The translations under genes and the position numbers were made by a program. The notes beneath the pieces were generated by a model. It was not told the DNA's origin. It searched no databases and worked only from the letters and a program-made list of their open reading frames with translations. From assembly GCF_056712565.1 (NCBI RefSeq), contig NZ_CM160072.1: DNA of 64,000 bases. The stretch is one strand, 5' to 3'. Positions 26,128 through 35,131 of the stretch are shown piece after piece. Each line of letters opens with the position of its first letter. Position 1 is the stretch's first letter.

Positions 26128-26766
26128 ATGAAAAAGTTAACAGTGGCGGCTTTGGCAGTAGCAACTCTTCTCTCTGGCAGTGCCTTTGCACATGAAGCCG
26201 GCGAATTTTTTATGCGTGCAGGTTCTGCAACCGTACGTCCAACAGAAGGTGCTGGTGGTACGTTAGGAAGTTTGGGTGGATTCAGCGTGACCAATAACAC
26301 TCAACTGGGCCTGACGTTTACTTATATGGCGACCGACAACATTGGTGTGGAATTACTGGCAGCAACGCCGTTCCGCCATAAAATCGGCACCCGGGCGACC
26401 GGCGATATTGCAACCGTTCATCATCTGCCGCCAACACTGATGGCGCAGTGGTATTTTGGTGATGCCAGCAGCAAATTCCGTCCTTACGTTGGTGCAGGTA
26501 TTAACTACACCACCTTCTTTGATAATGGATTTAACGATCATGGCAAAGAGGCGGGGCTTTCCGATCTCAGTCTGAAAGACTCTTGGGGAGCTGCCGGGCA
26601 GGTGGGGGTTGATTATCTGATTAACCGTGACTGGTTGGTTAACATGTCAGTGTGGTACATGGATATCGATACCACGGCTAAGTACAAATCTGGTGTTACT
26701 ACCGTAAAAGACTCGGTACGACTGGATCCGTGGGTGTTTATGTTCTCCGCAGGATATCGTTTTTAA
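26128..26766 (+). CDS. ompW: Outer membrane protein W
   Basis: 212 aa from MKKLTVAALAVATLLSGSAFA (signal peptide), beta-barrel ending ...FSAGYRF. Confidence 0.93.
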   Translation: MKKLTVAALAVATLLSGSAFAHEAGEFFMRAGSATVRPTEGAGGTLGSLGGFSVTNNTQLGLTFTYMATDNIGVELLAATPFRHKIGTRATGDIATVHHLPPTLMAQWYFGDASSKFRPYVGAGINYTTFFDNGFNDHGKEAGLSDLSLKDSWGAAGQVGVDYLINRDWLVNMSVWYMDIDTTAKYKSGVTTVKDSVRLDPWVFMFSAGYRF

Positions 26767-26770
26767 TTTT

Positions 26771-26805
26771 CTCTGCAAAACCTCTGCAAAACCCCTCTGC
26801 AAAAC
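26771..26805 (+). repeat. Three tandem copies of ctctgcaaaac at the ompW/prophage junction
   Basis: Direct 11-bp repeats at 26771, 26782 and 26795, just before a hairpin and the integrase stop codon. Confidence 0.8.
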
Positions 26806-26830
26806 TGGTCATCAAATGACCAGTTTTTTC
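26805..26830 (+). terminator. Hairpin terminator after ompW
   Basis: ctggtcat-caa-atgaccag followed by T6; overlaps the 3' end of int on the opposite strand. Confidence 0.6.
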
Positions 26831-27942
26831 CATTCCTTACCGCGTGCGTCGTTGTAAATATCGGTCATTTTTTGATTCGAATGGCCCAGCAAAATTTTGG
26901 TATCAACCCCCTGCTCTCTGAACAATCGCTCTGATAAAGATCTCTGCTCATGGAAAGAGGGTGGGGTGCCATTAGCACGCCAGTTGTAATCCACAGAATC
27001 CCGGGCTTTTTTAAATGCAACGGTTAATGTTGCTGGCTTAACCATCCCGCCGCGCTTAGCTGTCCCTTTCGCGTGATGGTGGTGCAATAGCCACGGACTA
27101 AGAACGCAATCGCGGCAGGATGACACCACATCATCTAGGGTGAGATTTAATTTATCGCAACGCAGAGCCAGAGGGATGGCAATCCGGGTTCCTGTTTTTT
27201 GCTGTTCGACATGAAGATAACCATCCCGGATATCCGAAAATTGCATTTTGCAAATATCTGAAAGGCGCTGGCCTGTCATCAGTGCCAGCAGCATACCGCG
27301 CTGTAAAAAGTAACCATCCTTTTCCGCTGCGTTATAAATCATCATCCACTCATCAAAAGTCAGTCGCTGTCTTGATATCCGCACCTGCGGTTTTTTTGCC
27401 GATTCTGCAGGGTTAAAGCCTGGCGGGACATCGCCCGTTTGCTGAGCTTCCCGGAAAACATCGATCAGTACTTTCCTGAAAATTTGTCCCATTCTGTTAT
27501 GTCCTCTGGCCTTGTACTCTTCCAGTACTGATACCACATCTTTTACGGTTATGGCATCTAACGGTCTGGTGCCAAAACGTTCATCAAATACCCTGAGAGG
27601 GGCCGCTTTCTGTTTCAGCGTGTTGAGTTTGATCTCGCCGTTTTCATATCTTTCCTGTTGAATTTTTCTGTAATTATTCAGAAAAATGGTAACGGTTGAT
27701 GAACCGCCGGTGTCACTAATAATTTTCTCCTGCAGACTGAGCATTTGTTCCATTTGCTGCCGGGCAAGACGGCTGTTCGCTTCTGCTGCAATAGTTTCTG
27801 CCAGTTTCTGGTCAATACTGCCGAGACCGTGATTTTTGCCTGTTATGGGATGCCTGTAACGCCAGTAAACTTTGTTATTTCTTTTGTCAAAATACGGAGA
27901 TAATCCCGGAACATCGGTTTTATATTTTCGCGGGCGCGCCAT
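26812..27942 (-). CDS. int: Prophage tyrosine integrase (lambda Int family)
   Basis: 376 aa with tyrosine recombinase C-terminal catalytic region; lies at the prophage end next to ompW. Confidence 0.9.
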   Translation of the reverse strand: MARPRKYKTDVPGLSPYFDKRNNKVYWRYRHPITGKNHGLGSIDQKLAETIAAEANSRLARQQMEQMLSLQEKIISDTGGSSTVTIFLNNYRKIQQERYENGEIKLNTLKQKAAPLRVFDERFGTRPLDAITVKDVVSVLEEYKARGHNRMGQIFRKVLIDVFREAQQTGDVPPGFNPAESAKKPQVRISRQRLTFDEWMMIYNAAEKDGYFLQRGMLLALMTGQRLSDICKMQFSDIRDGYLHVEQQKTGTRIAIPLALRCDKLNLTLDDVVSSCRDCVLSPWLLHHHHAKGTAKRGGMVKPATLTVAFKKARDSVDYNWRANGTPPSFHEQRSLSERLFREQGVDTKILLGHSNQKMTDIYNDARGKEWKKLVI

Positions 27943-28168
27943 CTTCCAGTATCCTCTTCAAAGCAGGGTGATCTGTGGCGATCACCTCCGGCTTGTTTAC
28001 CATTCCGACAAAGCGAGCTTGCGGATCCACTCGCCAGCGTCTTCCAACTTTTTTGGGGAGAGGAAATATCATTCCGGCTTTAGCGTATTTACTTAACGTA
28101 CTCGGAGTAGGGACCGGTTCACTGAATTCCTCCTTTGCCCACTCAGTGAGCAGAATAAGTCTTGCCAT
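27920..28168 (-). CDS. xis: Excisionase / AlpA-like DNA-binding protein
   Basis: 82-aa protein overlapping the int start; ...PLPKKVGRRWRVD... motif typical of Xis family. Confidence 0.7.
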   Translation of the reverse strand: MARLILLTEWAKEEFSEPVPTPSTLSKYAKAGMIFPLPKKVGRRWRVDPQARFVGMVNKPEVIATDHPALKRILEDGAPAKI

Positions 28169-28232
28169 GAGCGTCGTTCGCTAATCATGGTCGCCGCCAC
28201 TATAGCTGGTGGGCAACGACCGGGGTTGAACA

Positions 28233-28775
28233 TTAAAAATCAGCCTGATTTGGGATCAGTTTTTGCCAGATAGCTGAAACGTATTTTGCCTGGTAACGGG
28301 CGTCATCAAGTGCATTATGGCGCTCACCTTCGAATGGAATAGCCGTTCTGGCATCGAAGTCTATGGCTTTCCCCAGCTCAACGATTGTGCGTACATCGCG
28401 ATCGTTGTAGTAACGCCACGGGCAGGGGATCCCCTGCCGTTCGTATGAACGGCGCAAAATCGTGTTGTCGAAGTTGGCTCCATTTCCCCAAACCTGAACA
28501 AAAAATTCACCGGAGTTTTCGTCGATAAATTCCCGCAATTGTAACAGTGCATCATCTAACGGGATTTCATCGGTCATAATGGCAGATTGCGCTTCGCGTG
28601 ATTGCTTAAGCCACCATTTAATGGTGTCCCGATCAATGACTCCGCCAGCAGTTTCCAGATCGATAGTCTTACTAAATTCCGGTCCCATATCTCCGGTTTG
28701 CGGATCGAAAAATATTGCACCTATTGAGATGATCGGGGCATCAGGATTTTTTCCCATGGTTTCAAGGTCGATCAT
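28233..28775 (-). CDS. DnaQ-like 3'-5' exonuclease (DEDDh)
   Basis: 180 aa with Exo I (DLETMG) and Exo III (HNALDDARY) motifs. Confidence 0.75.
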   Translation of the reverse strand: MIDLETMGKNPDAPIISIGAIFFDPQTGDMGPEFSKTIDLETAGGVIDRDTIKWWLKQSREAQSAIMTDEIPLDDALLQLREFIDENSGEFFVQVWGNGANFDNTILRRSYERQGIPCPWRYYNDRDVRTIVELGKAIDFDARTAIPFEGERHNALDDARYQAKYVSAIWQKLIPNQADF

Positions 28776-28808
28776 TAGATGGTCACACGTCCTGCTGGTG
28801 GATGTGAT

Positions 28809-30704
28809 TTAGTGATGACCGTTCACCTTAATTGGGTGATCTGCCGTCTCGCCAGTTTCATTATCGCTATTGTGATGCTGATTGCCGCCAGTGTTCTCCT
28901 TGTGTGGATGTTCAGCGCCTTCCATTTCCTCCGGATCATCTTCCTGAACTTCAACCTGATACTCTTCATCGAATGTTTCTTGGTATGTTGCGTCGCCCAT
29001 CACCGCGCCACAATCAGGACAGTTGCCGCCGCCGGTCTGACCGCAGGCGGTGCAGGCTTTTTCCACTTCCTGGTGCGCCACTGGTTCAGGCTGTTTCGTT
29101 TCTGGCTCGTTTTGTAACGCATTTGGACTGTTTTGTTCCGCTTTTTGGTAGTTCCGTTCCGATTCATGCTGGTTCTGGCTCACAGAATCGCGGGTCTGGA
29201 TCCCCTTAATCCATTTCGGATCATTCGGGTCACTAATCCCTTCAACAAATTCACCACGTGATGCAGCAAGCAACTTATCGGCGTCAGGCTGGCTGATATT
29301 GGCTGCCTGCATAATTTTGTTTACTTCGTCAGCGGTAACTTTTATCGGCTCTGGTTGTTCTGAATCTTCAGCGGTATCTACATTTTGCGGTAAGCCCGTG
29401 TATGTGCCATTTTTTCGGGCAAAATATTCTTCTTTTGTGATTTCAGTGGCGCCAGCAGCCAGTGCCTTATCCAGACCAGAAAGTTTGTTTGCGCGACCGT
29501 ATTTTTCTCCGTCCTTATCTGCGAAGAGGAAATAGAACGGCCCCTCACGCTCTACAGATGGTTCAGCTTCCGGCGCGGTTTCATTTTTTGGGATATCAGA
29601 TACCTCAGTTTCCACTGCATCAGTTTGTGTTTCTGATGACTGGAGAACATCAACAGTGCCCAGGTCTGTTTCTTCATTCTCAAACACGCCCTTTGTCGTC
29701 AGGTATTCGCAGATATATTTGTTCAGTGCTACGGGATCTTTGTGAATGTCGATCGGACGCTCACGGACAAGGCCAAAAATAGTTTGGCGGTCGTAGCGAA
29801 GGGCATCAGGCTGTTTGCGCATTGATGCCGAGATACGCTTCCAGTCTTCGCGGTCGTTGTCGATAACTTCTTTTTTTGCCCAGCGATGGATGCTGCCGTC
29901 AATGTTTCCGGCATCCACATCACCAGGCCAGAGAGCGTAGGCCAGTTCGTCATCCAGTGTTTTCCATGTCTGCTTGTATTCGCGATGAATGGCAGCAATG
30001 ACCGGGCTGATTTTTCCTGTTGAATTTTCAGTGTACTGTTGATTGGCTCTGGCGCGGGCGAGATCAACAACAGACGTGTATTTTCCGGTTTCCTTGCGTT
30101 CACCTTCGCGACGTTTTTTCCAGATGCGCATCTCTGCCTGAATTTCGGGCCATTTAGCACCAGGAATACATTTATGCTTAACCCACCCAATGGCGTGCAA
30201 CTTAAGATCCGGATACATGGCGTTAACTTCTGGCATTTTCATCAACGCTTCAACGATATGTCCGTCGAATGTTGCCATGTCTTCCTGCAACAATTCCTGT
30301 GCGCTAATAACCATATCAACGGTGATGTTTTCACATGTGTCGAACTTAACCATGACAGCGTTCTGTACTTCAGGGGCCAGCTTGTCAAAAGTGACGTTCA
30401 TCGGATCGGATTCAGTCTCGACCGGAACAAAGGAAGCAGACGCCTCATCCCAGCGGTTTTCCTGCATATATTCAGCATCCCAGGAATCGAGGGCTGGGCG
30501 GGGTATACCGGGTTTATCCTCGCAAACAAGAAATTTATAAGCGCAGTCCTGAGCAGCCGGATAATGTTCCAGGAATTGCCAGTGAAATTTTGCGCGGGCG
30601 CGACGTTCATCACCGGCTTCAATGGCAGTGGCTACAGCGACGGCACCTTCTTCCTTTATTGCCTGTTCGTCCGGAATGGCGGCGCAAATAAAGACTTTAC
30701 TCAT
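28809..30704 (-). CDS. Large early-left protein of unknown function, acidic with C-terminal Cys cluster
   Basis: 631-aa ORF with ATG start; C-terminal CTACGQTGGGNCPDCG zinc-ribbon-like motif and a His/acidic tail. Confidence 0.6.
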   Translation of the reverse strand: MSKVFICAAIPDEQAIKEEGAVAVATAIEAGDERRARAKFHWQFLEHYPAAQDCAYKFLVCEDKPGIPRPALDSWDAEYMQENRWDEASASFVPVETESDPMNVTFDKLAPEVQNAVMVKFDTCENITVDMVISAQELLQEDMATFDGHIVEALMKMPEVNAMYPDLKLHAIGWVKHKCIPGAKWPEIQAEMRIWKKRREGERKETGKYTSVVDLARARANQQYTENSTGKISPVIAAIHREYKQTWKTLDDELAYALWPGDVDAGNIDGSIHRWAKKEVIDNDREDWKRISASMRKQPDALRYDRQTIFGLVRERPIDIHKDPVALNKYICEYLTTKGVFENEETDLGTVDVLQSSETQTDAVETEVSDIPKNETAPEAEPSVEREGPFYFLFADKDGEKYGRANKLSGLDKALAAGATEITKEEYFARKNGTYTGLPQNVDTAEDSEQPEPIKVTADEVNKIMQAANISQPDADKLLAASRGEFVEGISDPNDPKWIKGIQTRDSVSQNQHESERNYQKAEQNSPNALQNEPETKQPEPVAHQEVEKACTACGQTGGGNCPDCGAVMGDATYQETFDEEYQVEVQEDDPEEMEGAEHPHKENTGGNQHHNSDNETGETADHPIKVNGHH

Positions 30705-30796
30705 TTTGTTTTACCTCATTACAGATTTAAGGGTGAACAAATCCCTGCCATTGCTGGCATATAAGAATGAAATCGGATGTTTATTACGGAACTGTT

Positions 30797-30988
30797 TTAA
30801 AGACCTGCCGGGATTTCGTTATTATCCTGGTGAATAACTTTATCGACCGGGTAACAGTTACCGGGAATTTTCTGTTCGGTTGCTGCAGTCACACACTCCT
30901 GCATTGTCCTGTGAACACTGACTGCAGTATCAACTGGCTCTCCGGAAACAAGAAAAACTGTCAGAACAAGTGCAAATGCTGTATTCAT
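30797..30988 (-). CDS. Small secreted protein (signal peptide)
   Basis: 63 aa from MNTAFALVLTVFLVSGEP...; AAGGA RBS; 4-bp overlap with the upstream gene. Confidence 0.4.
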   Translation of the reverse strand: MNTAFALVLTVFLVSGEPVDTAVSVHRTMQECVTAATEQKIPGNCYPVDKVIHQDNNEIPAGL

Positions 30989-31173
30989 TGCCAGCATCCT
31001 TTTTGTATCGGACGTAAACGGGCCAACATTGAAAGAATGCATATTTTATTTAATAGCTCCCGTTCGTGTTTTCTCTTGTTAATGGCATCTTCAGTAAATA
31101 CAGGGTTACTGATAGTGACACCAATTTCAAAACAACCTTCAGACGTATTAACGTTTGGTAATAACGTTTCCAT
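30985..31173 (-). CDS. Hypothetical early-left protein
   Basis: 62 aa from METLLPNVNTSEG... with GAGGA RBS; the track ORF is longer. Confidence 0.35.
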   Translation of the reverse strand: METLLPNVNTSEGCFEIGVTISNPVFTEDAINKRKHERELLNKICILSMLARLRPIQKGCWQ

Positions 31174-31738
31174 TATCGCGTCCTCAACAATGAATTTTGT
31201 GATGCGGTGCCTGGTGCTTCCAGGTGACGTTAACCAGTTAACAATTAACGCCGGATACAGAGAATCCACCCATAACACTGTTTTTGGTTTTAACTGTTCC
31301 GCGTGCGCTTAGCCGCATTCACCGCATCACAAAATTCACTTTAAAAAGGGCGGCAGAGCAGTCACGGAGTAAAACTGATACCGCCAAACGTCACCAGAAA
31401 ATTGATAACAGAGGGCGTTGCAGCGGGGTTGTCACTTAAGCGTATGGTCAACCTGACAACCCGGTGTCCTCAACGGTGGAAGGAATAACCCCGCCATACT
31501 TACCGCCGCGCCATTTCGCGGATTGCCACAACCGGAAGCGCACGGTCGACGAAAATTTAACGACAGGCTATCTATGAACCAGCTACCTCGCCGTGCGCTT
31601 TCGCGTTATGGTCTGACTTTTCAGGGAAATATCCTTTCAGTAAACTGTCAGTGCCGGATGCTCACCCGTGTCCGGCGCACGCACTCCACCTCACCCGTGG
31701 AGAACTCCTTAATTACCAACCTTAGCTTCGTTGGTTAG

Positions 31739-31960
31739 CTATTCACGCGGGTATGTAATCATTCTGGCAATGCTTAATGCCGCTGCTTTTTCCAGATTGG
31801 TGATATCCTGCTCCAGAGCGGACAGATTTTCAGCCTGCTTAGCCCTGGCTTCATTGGCCCATTTCAAATCCTGCGCTGCATTAATTTTCTGGCGCATCCA
31901 CTCATAAAGTTCATCATTGGTATAGTCTGGCGCGATGATGACGGGTTCTCGTTTCTGCAT
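31739..31960 (-). CDS. Hypothetical early-left protein
   Basis: 73-aa ORF MQKREPVIIAPDYTNDELYEWMRQKINAAQ... Confidence 0.4.
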   Translation of the reverse strand: MQKREPVIIAPDYTNDELYEWMRQKINAAQDLKWANEARAKQAENLSALEQDITNLEKAAALSIARMITYPRE

Positions 31961-31989
31961 ACTGATTCCTCGCGGTGCTGCTTCGCTTA

Positions 31990-32118
31990 TCAGCCGTTAG
32001 ATTTTGCCGAGCTGGAAAGCGCCTGTTTAAACTCACTGAAGCTGAGAGCTTCTTCGCCTTCGGCAAGGCCTTCGAAGTATTCTTCGTAAGCCTTTTCCAT
32101 GATTGTGTCGAAATCCAT
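31990..32118 (-). CDS. Small acidic protein (Rac YdaG-like position)
   Basis: 42-aa ORF MDFDTIMEKAYEEYFEGLAEGEEALSFSEFKQALSSSAKSNG translated by hand; below the ORF-track cutoff. Confidence 0.35.
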   Translation of the reverse strand: MDFDTIMEKAYEEYFEGLAEGEEALSFSEFKQALSSSAKSNG

Positions 32119-32119
32119 A

Positions 32120-32275
32120 TCACTCACCTGAGTTTCTTTCCAGCCAGCGACGGGCACCATTTTCGGTTTTAAACGTTTTGCTTTTGGTATACGTCATCGC
32201 GGTGAACGTACCGTCCTGGTTGGGGAACACGCCACATACCAGAGATTCGCTGTTGCCAAGATCGATAGTATCCAT
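32120..32275 (-). CDS. YdaF-like small protein
   Basis: 51 aa from MDTIDLGNSESLVCGVFPNQDGTFTAMTYTKSKTFKTENGARRWLERNSGE; position and length fit Rac ydaF; the track ORF is extended 5'. Confidence 0.45.
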   Translation of the reverse strand: MDTIDLGNSESLVCGVFPNQDGTFTAMTYTKSKTFKTENGARRWLERNSGE

Positions 32276-32567
32276 GCTGACCTCATTTCCCCTTAACGCC
32301 GGGGTAGCGGAACAAAAACCTGCTGCATAGTTATTAAAGTTGAACCCTGCCGTCATGTTCTTACGCCTCGGGCTGGCTACTTAACCCCTGACCACTGCCT
32401 GGTAACTAGAAGTATTGCCCTGCATTCTGTGGGGTGGGGAGAGGGAATGAATTAAGTTTAGAAAAATGAACTTTTCAGGTCAATGTTTTTTTATCAAAAC
32501 ATTTTAAGCAGGCAGCTGTTAAGCCATCACCACGATGGCATACAGTTAATCAAATAGATGAGGTCGG

Positions 32568-33206
32568 TTAAATATTTTGTTGAATTTTAAAGCATACGCC
32601 CAATATGCAAGATAGATCATCCAGCATAATTGAAGGGTAGCGAGGATTCGTGGGGACTAAAAGAATATCCGGCCCTTCTATCTCCAGTTTACGAATGACA
32701 GGTGTTGTGGTCCCTTTGGGTAAGGCAAGGACAATATTTCCTGGTTGTACGGTTCGATCGGGATCAACAAAAACTGTTGAACCATTTGGGATGGAAACTC
32801 CCCCACCAGATGTTGACATACTGTCACTCTCTAGAACAACTGCAAAGGTATTGGCCGGGATTTCTCCGACAAGCTGCACACAAGAGGTTATTGAGGAATT
32901 TTTCATATAATCACTCCAGCTTGCTGCCTGCTGAAGTGATAGTAGCGGAACCGTTTTTATCGGCGGTAAAGATAGATCAAGCGAATCACCTGTATTTAAC
33001 TCTCCTCCATTAAGAAGCCAATTTTCGTTTACTTTCAATATTTTTGCCAGTGAACTTATGTAACGCGAGGACGGCGCTCCTCCACCGTTCATCCATTGAC
33101 TTACGGAGCCTTTTGATGCGCCAGTGGCATTGACAAGGTCTTTGCCTTTCAGGTTTAGCGCATGCATACGTTGGGTTATGCGTTCAGATATTGTTTGCTT
33201 GTTCAT
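32568..33206 (-). CDS. CI-type prophage repressor (HTH_XRE + S24 LexA-like peptidase)
   Basis: 212 aa; N-terminal HTH (LKGKDLVNATGASKGSVSQWMNG) and C-terminal S24 domain; divergent from the Cro-like gene. Confidence 0.85.
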   Translation of the reverse strand: MNKQTISERITQRMHALNLKGKDLVNATGASKGSVSQWMNGGGAPSSRYISSLAKILKVNENWLLNGGELNTGDSLDLSLPPIKTVPLLSLQQAASWSDYMKNSSITSCVQLVGEIPANTFAVVLESDSMSTSGGGVSIPNGSTVFVDPDRTVQPGNIVLALPKGTTTPVIRKLEIEGPDILLVPTNPRYPSIMLDDLSCILGVCFKIQQNI

Positions 33207-33297
33207 GTTTTGATTTTAAAACACAGATGGTTTTGTTTCTTGACTTTCTTTGGTTTTGATTATTAAACTTTTGGCGTTCAGTTTTATGGAGCGACTC

Positions 33298-33540
33298 ATG
33301 AAAAAATCAGAAGTATTAGGCTATTTTGGCGGAGTTGTTAAAACAGCCGCAGCTCTAGGAACGTCAAAAACCACAGTCAGCATGTGGGGGGAAGAGGTTC
33401 CGTGGAAATGGGCGTTGCTAATTCAGGCAGTCACTGCCGGGGCGCTCAAATATGAGTTACACATACCGACGGTTGTCATTCCCGGTTCTGATCATAATCC
33501 GCCTTCTAACCAAGGGGGGATTCATGAAAATCAAGCATGA
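33298..33540 (+). CDS. Cro-like HTH regulator (YdaS-type)
   Basis: 80 aa from MKKSEVLGYFGGVVKTAAALGTSKTTVSMWG...; AT-rich operator-like repeats at 33207-33297. Confidence 0.6.
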   Translation: MKKSEVLGYFGGVVKTAAALGTSKTTVSMWGEEVPWKWALLIQAVTAGALKYELHIPTVVIPGSDHNPPSNQGGIHENQA

Positions 33541-33949
33541 ACACATCCGCATGGCGATGAATGCCTGGGCGCGTCCTGATGGCGAAAAAGTTCCGGCAGC
33601 TGGAATAACCCAGGCTTATTTTGAGTTGGGTATGACGTTTCCTGAACTGTACGACGACAGCCATCCGGAAGCCCTGGCTCGCAATACCCAGAAAATTTTC
33701 CGCTGGATAGAGAAAGACACCCCTGATGCAGTTGAAAAAATTCAGGCGTTGTTACCAGCGATCGAAAAGGCAATGCCACCTTTGCTGGTGGCCAGAATGC
33801 GCAGCCACAGTTCAGCTTATTTTCGGGAGCTGGTGGAGACGCGGGAGCGACTGGTGAGAGACGCTGATGATTTTGTCGCAGTGGCAATCGCCGGTTTCAA
33901 TCAGATGAACCGTGGTGGCCCGGCAGGAAATGCTGTGGCAGTACATTGA
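33524..33949 (+). CDS. YdaT-like (CII-like) regulatory protein
   Basis: 141 aa from MKIKHEHIRMAMNAWARPDGEK...; N-terminus recalls Rac YdaT. Confidence 0.55.
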   Translation: MKIKHEHIRMAMNAWARPDGEKVPAAGITQAYFELGMTFPELYDDSHPEALARNTQKIFRWIEKDTPDAVEKIQALLPAIEKAMPPLLVARMRSHSSAYFRELVETRERLVRDADDFVAVAIAGFNQMNRGGPAGNAVAVH

Positions 33950-34014
33950 CTGACAATAGCCATATCGAATCGCTTCCGGCAACTCGTGAGTAAAAAGATT
34001 CGGTATCAGAAGAG

Positions 34015-35091
34015 GTGAGTATGGCTAACGCCTGGCTCAGATTATGGCATGACATGCCAAATGACCCTAAGTGGCGAACAATTGCCAGGGTGTCAGGGCA
34101 GCCAATTGCAACAGTGATGGCAGTGTATATCCACCTCCTGGTGAGCGCGTCACGAAATGTCACGCGAGGTCACATTGATGTCACGACAGAAGATTTGGCA
34201 AGTGCGCTCGACGTGACAGAAGAGGTAATTGATTCAATTTTGCAGACGATGCAGGGGCGGGTACTTGATGGTGATTTAATCACTGGATGGGAAAAACGCC
34301 AGGTGCTTAAAGAGGACAACGGCAATATTTCGCAAACCGCAAAATCTCCTGCAGAGCGCAAGAGGGCGCAGCGAGAGAGGGAAAGAAAGCGGGAACAAAA
34401 TGGCGATTGTCACGGCGCGTCACGAAATGTCACGCACATGTCACGACGAGTCACGACAGATAAAGATACAGATAAAGATACAGATCAAGAAGATCAAAAC
34501 ACTATGGTCCATGGCGTAAAAAACGCCACGAACCAGGCAGGGGATGTTCAGACCGTCAATCTTGGTCAGCCAGCAGGCACGACACCGGAAGCCGATTCAG
34601 CGTATGCGCTGAAAGCCGATTCGGGCGCTGTGCAGCAGGTGATGACCGCAAGGCCGGAGCAATCACACCAACTGCAGCAGCCCGAAGCCGATTCCGCCAT
34701 TCAGCGGGAAGCCGATCGGGTAGTCCCGGAAAACACCGGGCAGTCTGTGGGACGAGTGGATTATCCGGATGTGTTCGAACAGGTCTGGCGGGAGTACCCG
34801 TTGCGTGCTGGGGCAAACCCGAAGAAATCCGCTTTCAGTGCCTGGAAGGCCAGATTACGCGAGGGGGTGCCACCAGAGGCCATGCTGGATGGCGTGAGGC
34901 GTTACGCAAGATACTTGGCGGCTACCGGGAAAACGGGAACGGAATTTGTTCAGCGAGCGACGACGTTTTTTGGACCGGACCGGAATTTTGAGAACCCCTG
35001 GTTGCTCCCGGTAAGCGGCACGAACAACCAGCGTTGTGTGAATCATATTTCTGAACCGGATAACGAAATTCCGCCGGGCTTCAGGGGGTAA
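34015..35091 (+). CDS. Replication initiator (lambda O-like / YdaU-type) with embedded origin repeats
   Basis: 358 aa; position after the cro/cII-like genes; contains two GTCACG iteron clusters and an AT-rich stretch inside the ORF. Confidence 0.6.
   Translation: MSMANAWLRLWHDMPNDPKWRTIARVSGQPIATVMAVYIHLLVSASRNVTRGHIDVTTEDLASALDVTEEVIDSILQTMQGRVLDGDLITGWEKRQVLKEDNGNISQTAKSPAERKRAQRERERKREQNGDCHGASRNVTHMSRRVTTDKDTDKDTDQEDQNTMVHGVKNATNQAGDVQTVNLGQPAGTTPEADSAYALKADSGAVQQVMTARPEQSHQLQQPEADSAIQREADRVVPENTGQSVGRVDYPDVFEQVWREYPLRAGANPKKSAFSAWKARLREGVPPEAMLDGVRRYARYLAATGKTGTEFVQRATTFFGPDRNFENPWLLPVSGTNNQRCVNHISEPDNEIPPGFRG
34149..34185 (+). repeat. Iteron cluster 1: four GTCAC(G/A) copies at ~10-bp spacing
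   Basis: Copies at 34149, 34159, 34169 and 34180. Confidence 0.6.
34409..34484 (+). repeat. Iteron cluster 2: five GTCACG copies at 10-bp spacing plus AT-rich gataaagataca x2 (candidate ori)
   Basis: GTCACG at 34409, 34419, 34429, 34440 and 34450, followed by gataaagataca gataaagataca at 34461-34484. Confidence 0.6.
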
Positions 35092-35131
35092 GTGTTAATT
35101 TCTGGTCATGAGGTAATTTTCAGGAGGGCTT

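Noticed and set aside
26771-26805. Short direct repeats considered as a CRISPR array
   Set aside because: Only three contiguous 11-bp copies with no spacers and no cas genes; more likely att-associated.
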